From positions 23,521-63,963 of the forward strand of contig CAZTFV010000001.1 of the NCBI GenBank assembly GCA_964613075.1: a stretch of DNA of 40,443 bases. The letters are read 5' to 3'. The translations under genes and the position numbers were made by a program. Positions 19,009 through 26,246 of the stretch are shown one piece after another. This stretch comes from an uncultured Gammaproteobacteria bacterium (lineage in GTDB: Bacteria; Patescibacteriota; Microgenomatia; Levybacterales; UBA12049). Every line of letters begins with the position of its first letter. The first letter of the stretch is position 1. The notes below the pieces were generated by a model, which ran no database searches, was not told where the DNA came from, and saw only the letters and a list, made by a program, of their open reading frames with translations.

Positions 19009-21117
19009 TTATGCTACGCGGCCGGTGAAGGTGGATTTGGCGAGCATTCCTTCGACAATATTTCGCGGCACTGCATCGTAATGCGAAGGCTCCATGTAGT
19101 ATGACGCTCTTCCCTGTGACATCGAGCGAAGTTGTGTAGCGTATCCTGAAAGTTCTGCAAGCGGAACCATTGCCAAAATGATTGTCGCATTTCCCCGCTC
19201 TTCTGTTCCTAAAATTTGTGCCCTTTTGGCTGAGAGGTCACCTATGATATCCCCCATAAATTCAGACGGCGTTGTTACCTCAACTTTCATGATCGGCTCC
19301 AAAAGTCCCATCTGTGTTTTTCTGGCAGCAGCCTGCAATGCTTGAGAGGCTGCGATCTTAAAGGCGACTTCTGAAGAGTCTACCTCGTGATAGGATCCGT
19401 CGTAACAGGTAACTTTGACATCAATAATCGGATAACCAAGCAATACTCCATTCTCAAGTGTCTCCCACACACCTTTTTCAACTGCCCTGACAAATTCTGC
19501 AGGGATTGCGCCTCCTTTGATTGCATTCACAAATTCATTCCCCTCGCCTCGCGTTTTCGGCTCTACCCTAAGGAAGCAGTGTCCGTACTGACCTCGTCCT
19601 CCTGATTGGCGAATATACTTTCCTTCACCCTCTGATGGAGCTTCAAATGTCTCTTTGTATGCAACCTGCGGCGCACCGACATTGGCAAGAACATTAAACT
19701 CCCGCTTCATCCGATCGACCATAACCTCAAGCTGTAACTCACCAATACCTGAGATAATAGTCTGTCCTGTCTCATGATTTGCCTTAACCCGAAATGTCGG
19801 GTCTTCTTCCATGAGGCGTTTTAACGCATAGCCTAATTTTTCCTGATCTGATTTTGTCTTTGGTTCAATAGCTAGAGAAATAACCGGCTCGGGAAAGGAA
19901 ATCTTTTCAAGGACAATTGGTTTTGACTCATCACAAAGTGTATCACCAGTAACTGTATCTTTTAATCCAACGATTGCGACGATTTCTCCGGCATACGCTT
20001 CTTTAATTTCTTCTCTGTTGTTTGCATGCATCAGAAGGAGGCGGCCTACCCGCTCCTTGACATTTTTGCTGCTGTTGTAAATATAGGTTCCTGAATTAAT
20101 AATGCCTGAGTACACACGAAAATACGTTAATTTTCCTACATGCGGATCATTCTGGATCTTAAATGCCAACCCTGAATACGCCTCTTCTGGAACAAGCTTT
20201 CTCACTTCCTCCTCACCGGTTTTGGGATTGATGCCTTTTACTTCCTTCAGATCAACAGGGGAGGGGAGATAGTCAACCACAGCATCGAGGAGTGGCTGTA
20301 CGCCTTTATTGCGTAAGCTAGTCCCAGCATAAATAGGAACCAATTTGTACGCAATAACCGCTGCGCGAAGTGCTTTTTTCAAGTCTTCAACAGCGATCTC
20401 CTCGCCTGCTAAATATTTTTCCAGGAGCGCATCATCTGTCTCTGCGATCTTCTCGATGAGTTTATGTCTATACTTCTCAACGCTGTCCTTCATCTCGGCC
20501 GGAATCTCGTCAGTTACCTCAAATTTCGCACCCAGCTCATCTGAACCCCAAATAATAGCCTTTCGCGTCAGTAAATCAATATTCCCTTTATACGAGTGCT
20601 CACTCCCGATCGGCAAAACCATAATTGCAGGATTTGCGCCCAAGCGATCCTCAATGCTTTTCACCGTTGCCAGAAAGTCAGCACCAAGCTTATCCATTTT
20701 ATTGATAAAGCAGATACGCGGCACTTTGTATTTATCCGCTTGCCTCCAGACTGTTTCAGATTGTGACTGCACGCCCTCTTCTGCGTCAAGCACGGTAATG
20801 CCTCCATCCAGGACACGAAGTGACCGTTCTACTTCTGCGGTGAAGTCAACGTGGCCTGGGGTATCAATGATATTGATTCTGTAATCTTTCCAAAATGTCG
20901 TTGTGGCCGCGGATACAATGGTAATACCACGCTCTTTTTCCTGCTCCATCCAGTCCATTTGGGTTGTTCCCGCATCAATATCGCCTATTTTGTAGGTTTT
21001 TCCTGTGTAATACAGAATGCGCTCGGTTGTCGTCGTTTTTCCCGCGTCAATATGGGCAATAATGCCGATATTGCGGATTTTATCGAGAGGAACTTGTCGT
21101 GATTTGGTGTCTGCCAT
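19009..21117 (-). CDS. fusA: elongation factor G
   Basis: 702 aa, [26 protein letters not shown]...DTPGHVDF...NKMDK, with full-length EF-G domain order. Confidence 0.97.
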   Translation of the reverse strand: MADTKSRQVPLDKIRNIGIIAHIDAGKTTTTERILYYTGKTYKIGDIDAGTTQMDWMEQEKERGITIVSAATTTFWKDYRINIIDTPGHVDFTAEVERSLRVLDGGITVLDAEEGVQSQSETVWRQADKYKVPRICFINKMDKLGADFLATVKSIEDRLGANPAIMVLPIGSEHSYKGNIDLLTRKAIIWGSDELGAKFEVTDEIPAEMKDSVEKYRHKLIEKIAETDDALLEKYLAGEEIAVEDLKKALRAAVIAYKLVPIYAGTSLRNKGVQPLLDAVVDYLPSPVDLKEVKGINPKTGEEEVRKLVPEEAYSGLAFKIQNDPHVGKLTYFRVYSGIINSGTYIYNSSKNVKERVGRLLLMHANNREEIKEAYAGEIVAIVGLKDTVTGDTLCDESKPIVLEKISFPEPVISLAIEPKTKSDQEKLGYALKRLMEEDPTFRVKANHETGQTIISGIGELQLEVMVDRMKREFNVLANVGAPQVAYKETFEAPSEGEGKYIRQSGGRGQYGHCFLRVEPKTRGEGNEFVNAIKGGAIPAEFVRAVEKGVWETLENGVLLGYPIIDVKVTCYDGSYHEVDSSEVAFKIAASQALQAAARKTQMGLLEPIMKVEVTTPSEFMGDIIGDLSAKRAQILGTEERGNATIILAMVPLAELSGYATQLRSMSQGRASYYMEPSHYDAVPRNIVEGMLAKSTFTGRVA

Positions 21118-21124
21118 AATTGTT

Positions 21125-21148
21125 TAAAAAAACTCCGTCTTTCGGAGT
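21125..21148 (-). terminator. possible intrinsic terminator downstream of the toxin gene, just upstream of the fusA start
   Basis: The minus strand reads ACTCCG-AAAGA-CGGAGT followed by a T-run (the A-run at 21126-21131 on the plus strand). The stem is only 6 bp. Confidence 0.35.
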
Positions 21149-21249
21149 GAAAATCAGTATAGCACATTTCCCGCACGGTTTCTATATAGAAAACGAGCTC
21201 GTAAACTTAAAGTTCATGCTTTTTCTTCTGCGACATAGGATATCAAGAA

Positions 21250-21549
21250 TTACTTTCCTCCATAGAGATTTTCATGTGTCCCAAGCATATGAAAGATAAT
21301 AATTTTTTGCTTCCCTGTATGTTTTTCTTTAAATACTGCCCGCCAATCGTCTGTCACGTCAATACTTCTATATCCTGCAAGTTTTTCTCTCAATTGGTGG
21401 TTTCTAAGCGATGAATGATTGGAGTCTTCGAGAAACATCTCAAGAGTTTGTGCAAAAGCTGTTTTAATTTTTTTGTCTGCTTTTGAATATTGTTCTCTAA
21501 ATCTCGTCCCGTACTTTATCTCCGTTTGCATAGGAAGCGTTTGGGTCAT
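21250..21549 (-). CDS. type II toxin, RelE/ParE superfamily
   Basis: 99 aa. FREQYSKADKKIKTAFAQTLEMFLEDSNHSSLRNHQLREKLAGYRSIDVTDDWRAVFKE...IIIFHMLGTHENLY is the typical RelE/ParE-fold pattern. Lies downstream of, and overlapping, an RHH antitoxin gene. Confidence 0.8.
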   Translation of the reverse strand: MTQTLPMQTEIKYGTRFREQYSKADKKIKTAFAQTLEMFLEDSNHSSLRNHQLREKLAGYRSIDVTDDWRAVFKEKHTGKQKIIIFHMLGTHENLYGGK

Positions 21550-21817
21550 CTAGCCAGGCTATTGCATCTTTTGCATTCGTAAAAGTGGGTGACACTTTCC
21601 CAGCTTTTACATCCTCCTCTGATTTTCTCAGTGATTCAATCATATATTCATTTGGTTCCTCCATTTCAGCACTAAAGGTGATAGTTCTTGTCCTGCTGAA
21701 TTGTTTTAAGAACCCCTTGATGATGACGCTTAAGGGCATACCAAGCGCCTCAGCTGCCTCCTGCGCTTGTTTTTTCTCTTCCGGTTTTACTTTGATGTTT
21801 ATGATTGCTGTATCCAT
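21497..21817 (-). CDS. type II antitoxin, RelB/DinJ (ribbon-helix-helix) family
   Basis: 106 aa. The N-terminus INIKVKPEEKKQAQEAAEALGMPLSVIIKGFLKQF is RHH-like. It is paired with the toxin. Confidence 0.78.
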   Translation of the reverse strand: MDTAIINIKVKPEEKKQAQEAAEALGMPLSVIIKGFLKQFSRTRTITFSAEMEEPNEYMIESLRKSEEDVKAGKVSPTFTNAKDAIAWLDDPNASYANGDKVRDEI

Positions 21818-21829
21818 AGTAATACCTAG

Positions 21830-21858
21830 TATATACCACGTATATCTATCATTGTCAA
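21830..21858 (-). promoter_or_regulatory. sigma70-like promoter with an overlapping palindromic operator for the TA operon
   Basis: The minus strand reads TTGACA (21858->21853), a 17-nt spacer, then TATATA (21835->21830). The palindrome ATATAC-cac-GTATAT overlaps the -10. The antitoxin ATG at 21817 is 13 nt downstream of the -10. Confidence 0.55.
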
Positions 21859-22066
21859 GGTTTTGTAGGGAATAAGTGTACTGCCATAGGAACTCTCGGT
21901 TGTCGCTGTTTTGGGAAATCTCAGTTGACGTAAATATATTCGAACGAAAACTGAAATTTTATGAATTACTATTTCAGAGACAGTTAAATTATCCTTATAA
22001 GGCAGCTAAAACGCTTTAGAGCATGTTTTAATTGTCAAGCTGAATAGCTCTTTCATATAAGTCTAA

Positions 22067-22109
22067 TTGCGACAGTTGAGACTTCTCATTTTGCGACAAT
22101 TGAGATTTC
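22067..22109 (+). promoter_or_regulatory. two direct repeats (TTGCGACArTTGAGAyTTC) with 24-bp period just upstream of the first GC-rich cassette
   Basis: 22067-22085 ttgcgacagttgagacttc and 22091-22109 ttgcgacaattgagatttc are 17/19 identical. A TTGTCA-N17/18-(C)ATATAAG promoter-like string lies at 22032-22062. Confidence 0.4.
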
Positions 22110-22132
22110 CGTTCACACTAGAATCTCCCTAC

Positions 22133-22594
22133 ATGACCGAAGCCGCCAGACCGTTAGACCAGGACCAAGCAAGCCTTGCTGCCTCCTGGGATATGTCCGC
22201 TCTCTCATGGTCGCTGGATGTCGCGGCCGAGGCCCGCATCGACGTCGCCCACGGCGAGGGTGTCGCTTACCGCCTCGGCCCCGGGCCGGGGACGCTCCTC
22301 GAGCTCTTCCCCGCCACGGGAACGGTCCGACTCACCGGGCAAGACGTGCAGCTGACCCTGTTTCGCCAGGACCCGCCCCGGCTCGCGGACGAAGGCCTGG
22401 TCTTCGAGCTTGCCACCGAGCCCCGCCGGCGCTGGCTCTCCGTCTCCCCCACCACCGGCGAGGTCTTGCTCTTCTACGACCCATCGGTCGGAGAAGCCGT
22501 CTGCGCCCCGGAAACGGCCCAGGACGCGTCGGAACCAGCCGAACGCCCCAAACCTCTGCACTGTAAATTTGCAAAATTTTGTTTAAAAATTTAG
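22133..22594 (+). CDS. hypothetical protein, cassette 0 (high-GC codon usage)
   Basis: The ATG at 22133 coincides with the AT-to-GC transition. Third codon positions are almost all G/C (gcc gcc ... gtc gcg gcc gag gcc cgc atc gac). The frame only closes at a TAG inside repeat A (22592-22594). No family recognised. Confidence 0.6.
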   Translation: MTEAARPLDQDQASLAASWDMSALSWSLDVAAEARIDVAHGEGVAYRLGPGPGTLLELFPATGTVRLTGQDVQLTLFRQDPPRLADEGLVFELATEPRRRWLSVSPTTGEVLLFYDPSVGEAVCAPETAQDASEPAERPKPLHCKFAKFCLKI

Positions 22595-22670
22595 CCTCAA
22601 AAAAAGTGAAAAATACTAATTTTTCAAAATTCTGAGGCTAAAAAAGTTCAACTTTTTTTGCAAATTTACA
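22562..22670 (+). repeat. cassette-array repeat copy A (109 bp, diverged, AT-rich interior)
   Basis: TGTAAATTTGCA...TGCAAATTTACA termini plus the inner boxes TTAGCCTCA (22591-22599) and TGAGGCTAA (22633-22641). Confidence 0.85.
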
Positions 22671-22986
22671 AGTTCCATGACGAGTTGCTCAAACGTTCCC
22701 ATTCCTTGCGTCCTCTCACAACTCGTTCCGCGCCAGGGTGGCTGGCCGGGCAGCCAGAGCGCTGGCCGGGGCTTGCGGTCAGTTCGCGAAGCCGACCCGG
22801 ACGAGGGAAGGAACCACAGGGGGCCCGAGCTGTCAAGAGGTATTGACGAATCCTGCAATCACTTGTTGCCAAAAACGCAACTAGATGTTGCAATTTCCGC
22901 AACCGGGTGGTAAGATCGACTTGGGTATGAGGGAGAGGGAAGGAGTAGGCGACATGCCGTTTCGGCACCAGCGATCAGATCCCCGG

Positions 22987-23283
22987 TCAGCGGCCACCGA
23001 GGCCGTGGTGGGGGTTGGTCTGGCCCCAGGTCTGAAACTCGCGCCGGAAGCGCAGGCGCTCTTCAACGGTGGGGTAAATTGGAGCCTGGCGGAACTTGAT
23101 CGACTCGTCGACCTCAAAGCGAGGAAGGGCGATCAAACCGCCATCGACGTTTCGCCCTGCACTCACGACGACCACCTGGTTCCCGGCAATCCTGATACGC
23201 ACGAAAGGCCAGGATAGCATTCTATGCACACCAGAGAACTGGAGGGAAACGGCAACGAGCCCATGAAGAGCGGGTATCGGCAT
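22987..23283 (-). CDS. hypothetical protein, cassette 1 (strand assignment tentative)
   Basis: 98-aa ORF. My hand count over the region shared with the antisense ORF 22885..23217 gives GC1/GC2/GC3 of about 66/47/75% for the minus frame. The plus frame gives 75/47/66%. GC3>GC1>GC2 is expected of a real high-GC gene and favours minus. No good SD is present. The start could instead be the internal MLSWPF. Confidence 0.4.
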   Translation of the reverse strand: MPIPALHGLVAVSLQFSGVHRMLSWPFVRIRIAGNQVVVVSAGRNVDGGLIALPRFEVDESIKFRQAPIYPTVEERLRFRREFQTWGQTNPHHGLGGR

Positions 23284-23383
23284 GCTCCATCACGATGAGA
23301 GAGCGAGGAGACGGATCAGACATGTCCCTTCCAAACGACGACCCGTCGCCTGATCAGCCAATGATGGCGATACGGCTGAGGAT

Positions 23384-23485
23384 TGTAAGTTTGCACGATT
23401 TTCTTTGCACGAATTAGCCTCACATGATCAAACGCTTTGCAAAGTTTGAGGCTGAGATATGCAAAATAGTTCGTGCAAACTTACA
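23384..23485 (+). repeat. cassette-array repeat copy B (102 bp, consensus)
   Basis: tgtaagtttgcacgattttctttgcacgaattagcctcacatgatcaaacgctttgcaaagtttgaggctgagatatgcaaaatagttcgtgcaaacttaca. Confidence 0.95.
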
Positions 23486-23578
23486 ATTCTACACCCTGAC
23501 CCCCTTTCGAGACACCATCTAAGACCGCTGAGCAGCGCCGGCGGGTGGACCTCAGCGCGCGTACCAGGCGTACCCCTT

Positions 23579-23968
23579 CTACCGCGCCCGGCGCGGGGGC
23601 AACGGCCGGCTGCCCGCCTCCGCGCATGGCTCGCGCGGAGCGAGCGCGGGCGCATGAAGGCGATCGACCTCTCTGATCAAGGCACGTAATTGGTCAACGG
23701 TTTCCAATAATCGCAGGCCATCGCTGAAGTTCTCGTCTCCGGCCATCACGTATTCCATCCCTTCTGGAACAGTGCTTTGGAGGTCGACCATATTCTCGTA
23801 CTGCTCTCCAGCTCGTGCCAAAACCCGAACGTCAACACCGCTCATGGCCGCAGCATATCTGAATATAATCGAGTCCTCACCCGTCGATACGAGGATCGTC
23901 ACTGGCCCCTTGGTCGCTTCTTGTTCATTCTCTAGTAGAGACAGGAGCCGGTTCTTTTCGGCGTTCAT
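23579..23968 (-). CDS. hypothetical protein, cassette 2
   Basis: 129 aa. A strong SD, AAGGAGGTGA (23985->23976), lies 7 nt upstream of the ATG at 23968. A TATAAT box and the palindrome GTGTATTATACAC (24032-24044) are upstream. No family recognised. Confidence 0.65.
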   Translation of the reverse strand: MNAEKNRLLSLLENEQEATKGPVTILVSTGEDSIIFRYAAAMSGVDVRVLARAGEQYENMVDLQSTVPEGMEYVMAGDENFSDGLRLLETVDQLRALIREVDRLHAPALAPREPCAEAGSRPLPPRRAR

Positions 23969-24214
23969 CTCTTCCTCACCTCCTTTCCGGGCAGGTCAGG
24001 CGATCGCGTCGGCAACGCACAGATCGTCCGAGTGTATTATACACTTTATGTCAACACGATCGCGGCGCGGCGGCAGGAGTTGCGGCCCCGGAGACGCGGC
24101 GGCGCTCCGTGCAGCCAGGCGGCAGCAAGGCGAGACCATGAGACTCCCTCCCCTTCCCCTCCTGGTGCCGACTGCGCCGACGGGACGGTGCGCCGGGTCG
24201 GCGAGCCGTTTGCG

Positions 24215-24316
24215 TGTAAGTTTGCACGAACTATTTTGCATATCTCAGCCTCAAACTTTGCAAAGCGTTTGATCATGTGAGGCTAATTCGTGCAAAGAAA
24301 ATCGTGCAAACTTACA
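24215..24316 (-). repeat. cassette-array repeat copy C (102 bp, consensus, reverse orientation)
   Basis: By my reading, the reverse complement of 24215-24316 is identical to copies B, D and E. Confidence 0.95.
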
Positions 24317-24653
24317 ACTCTCGGCATCGAACTGGAACAGGAAAGGCCTGACGAATCGGTATCCGTCCATCCTGTCGCTCTCTCTGGGCTTCCAAGAGGC
24401 GAAACAACCAAAAGCTGACAAATCCGGGTCAAGTGCCGGAAGGATACTTGATCCCGTATATTGGCACTTCCCCCGCTGCGTTCCGTGATCCTCCCCTCGA
24501 CCAGCGGCACGGCGGTAGTCGAGCAGCACAACGAGTTGGTCACCGGCCGAGTGATCCGTTCGGGAGGGGGCGGATCGGAACGAGAGCTGGCGACACACTT
24601 CATCTTCACCACAATTTGACAATTTACTCAATTTATGATATACGACATATGAT

Positions 24654-25055
24654 ATGGATATAGAAGCAAAATTTGTTTCAAATAGACTAGATTTCAAATC
24701 ATTTCTCTATCATCACCATGAAGCTATTCCGAGAATCCCTGAACAACCTTCCGCTCACACCGCGCCGGAGGGTGGAGGTCGTGGCGAGGCGCGCTCCCCT
24801 CAGCCGGAGCGAGTAACTGATCCCGTGGCCAATCCGGATCGAGCTCGGCTGGAGGCGTTCCTGACCCCGGGGGTGGTAAGCGGTACTGTTGAGTGGGAAA
24901 CGACAATGGGGAGCTATGAAATTGACTTTGATACTCGAGATGAACCCGGAAACCCATCAAAGTACTTTTATCCGAAAGATCAGATAGTTTTCGATAATAG
25001 TTTATATTCATCTCGCCATCAATCTGATTTATCACAACGTCAACTAGGTGAGTAA
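24654..25055 (+). CDS. hypothetical protein, cassette 3 (weak call)
   Basis: 133-aa ORF downstream of an AT-rich promoter-like stretch (TTGACA in the 24610s, then a 17-nt spacer, then TATACG). The C-terminal half (SYEIDFDTRDEPGNPSKYFYPKDQIVFDNSLY) looks protein-like. The N-terminal half has mixed composition. Confidence 0.3.
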   Translation: MDIEAKFVSNRLDFKSFLYHHHEAIPRIPEQPSAHTAPEGGGRGEARSPQPERVTDPVANPDRARLEAFLTPGVVSGTVEWETTMGSYEIDFDTRDEPGNPSKYFYPKDQIVFDNSLYSSRHQSDLSQRQLGE

Positions 25056-25259
25056 TCCCGCGAGCACCGCGTGTTCCCACCCCGTCATTCGGTTAATCAT
25101 CGGATCCCGATTAGCTCCGGGCTGGTCGTCTAGCACCTGTTTGTGGACGAACTAGCCATTACCCGGCGCAGAAGGGGTCTTGGTTCCCGTAACGGCCCTT
25201 CTCGCTATCATCTTCCCTAAATTCACGCTTATTCGTCAATGTTTGCGGTTCCAAGTAAG

Positions 25260-25361
25260 TGTAAGTTTGCACGATTTTCTTTGCACGAATTAGCCTCACA
25301 TGATCAAACGCTTTGCAAAGTTTGAGGCTGAGATATGCAAAATAGTTCGTGCAAACTTACA
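25260..25361 (+). repeat. cassette-array repeat copy D (102 bp, consensus)
   Basis: Identical to copy B. Confidence 0.95.
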
Positions 25362-25675
25362 CAACGCTAAGGAACAGAACTATCTGCTCTACCTGGCGGG
25401 CCGGCTCCCGCCGCCGCTCTCAAGACTCCAGTTAACCATGGATGAACTGGGGTATGTCTTCGATATGGTTGGCATTCTCATAGATAATTTGCGTTTAAGG
25501 TATAAATCTAAAGATATTTAACGAAACTACAATCAATGAAAAGATTGACAAATTAGTCAACACTGTGCTACCCTCCACGAGGGGTCGGCGTCATTGACCT
25601 GCTGACCAAGCCGTTCCTAATCCAACCGTGTCACGTCAAGGGGGCACCCGCCTGACCAGACCTGGAGGAGACAGG

Positions 25676-26128
25676 ATGGAGCCACAGCAGGAAGGACAGA
25701 CGACCACCAGCACGATGAGGCAACCAGAGACCAGCCCGGACGGCTCCGTTGCCGGTTCGGACCTTACCCGCTTATCCAAACGGCTCAATACTCGCCGCCG
25801 TACGGCGGCGAAGGAGCAGATCGAGGGCGTGTTCACGCAGTATCTGCAGGAGGTGCAGGCGCTGGGCATCGTCTCTGAGATCCTGGTCGGGTCCAAAGCC
25901 CACGCGCCAGGCGCTTACCTCTGGAACGTGTTCGCCGAAGACTTCCGCGTGGAGCAGTGGGCCCGTCCCTCGTTTGCCGAGCTCAACCGGCTCACCTACC
26001 GTCTCGAGCAGGACTTACCCAAGGGCCTCTCGCTTCGCATCGCCCACGTGAACCCTTGCGACCTCGCCCAGGTCCGAGAGCGCTGTGACCAACAGCAGAT
26101 CGAGACCGAGCTCATCCCCCTGCGCTGA
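25676..26128 (+). CDS. hypothetical protein, cassette 4
   Basis: 150 aa from the ATG at 25676, preceded by GGAGGAG with a 5-nt gap. GC3 is high throughout. The palindrome TTGACaaattaGTCAA (25545-25560) lies upstream. The stop is 16 nt before repeat E. No family recognised. Confidence 0.65.
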   Translation: MEPQQEGQTTTSTMRQPETSPDGSVAGSDLTRLSKRLNTRRRTAAKEQIEGVFTQYLQEVQALGIVSEILVGSKAHAPGAYLWNVFAEDFRVEQWARPSFAELNRLTYRLEQDLPKGLSLRIAHVNPCDLAQVRERCDQQQIETELIPLR

Positions 26129-26144
26129 TGATGGACGCCCTCGT

Positions 26145-26246
26145 TGTAAGTTTGCACGATTTTCTTTGCACGAATTAGCCTCACATGATCAAACGCTTTG
26201 CAAAGTTTGAGGCTGAGATATGCAAAATAGTTCGTGCAAACTTACA
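26145..26246 (+). repeat. cassette-array repeat copy E (102 bp, consensus)
   Basis: Identical to copy B. Confidence 0.95.

Noticed and set aside
532-21102. Numerous antisense or out-of-frame ORFs inside r-protein, secY, tuf, fusA and DipZ-like genes (for example 532..819, 4134..4475, 4406..5002, 6250..6858, 9810..10154, 13368..13727, 20345..20884)
   Set aside because: Each lies within a confidently identified conserved gene on the opposite strand or in another frame, and has low-complexity, non-protein-like sequence.
21195-21220. cgtaaacttaaagttca near the toxin gene's 3' end as a degenerate array-repeat terminus (compare cgtgcaaacttaca)
   Set aside because: The similarity is limited to about 9 nt. 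There is no partner terminus and no inner box nearby.
22205-22574. Stack of overlapping ORFs on both strands in cassette 0 (22205..22561, 22207..22566, 22267..22455, 22332..22574)
   Set aside because: Long stop-free frames are expected in ~75% GC DNA. These peptides are Arg/Pro/Gly-rich nonsense, and only the 22133..22594 frame shows a G/C-dominated third position.
22885-23217. Plus-strand ORF in cassette 1 as the coding frame
   Set aside because: Its codon-position GC (about 75/47/66 by hand count) is the mirror image of what a real high-GC gene shows. It is kept as an open question in the findings because it has a good promoter and SD.
25300-25521. ORFs that start inside the repeat (MIKRFAKFEAEICKIVRANL... 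and MQNSSCKLT...), seen at 23459, 24046-24276, 23996-24241, 25300, 26185 and 26220
   Set aside because: The shared N-termini are simply the repeat translated. The continuations differ in every copy. One stops after 11 codons (at 25334). Most run antisense to better-supported ORFs. A GAGG-N7-ATG inside the repeat is noted but gives no consistent product.
23384-26246. Simple MITE invasion of a horizontally acquired GC-rich island
   Set aside because: The flanks of the four identical copies (..gaggat|..|attcta.., ..ttgcg|..|actctc.., ..gtaag|..|caacgc.., ..ctcgt|..|cagtca..) show no target-site duplication. All six copies in the 40 kb fall precisely at ORF boundaries in one 4.2-kb stretch, and none occurs elsewhere. 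This cannot be fully excluded without the whole genome.
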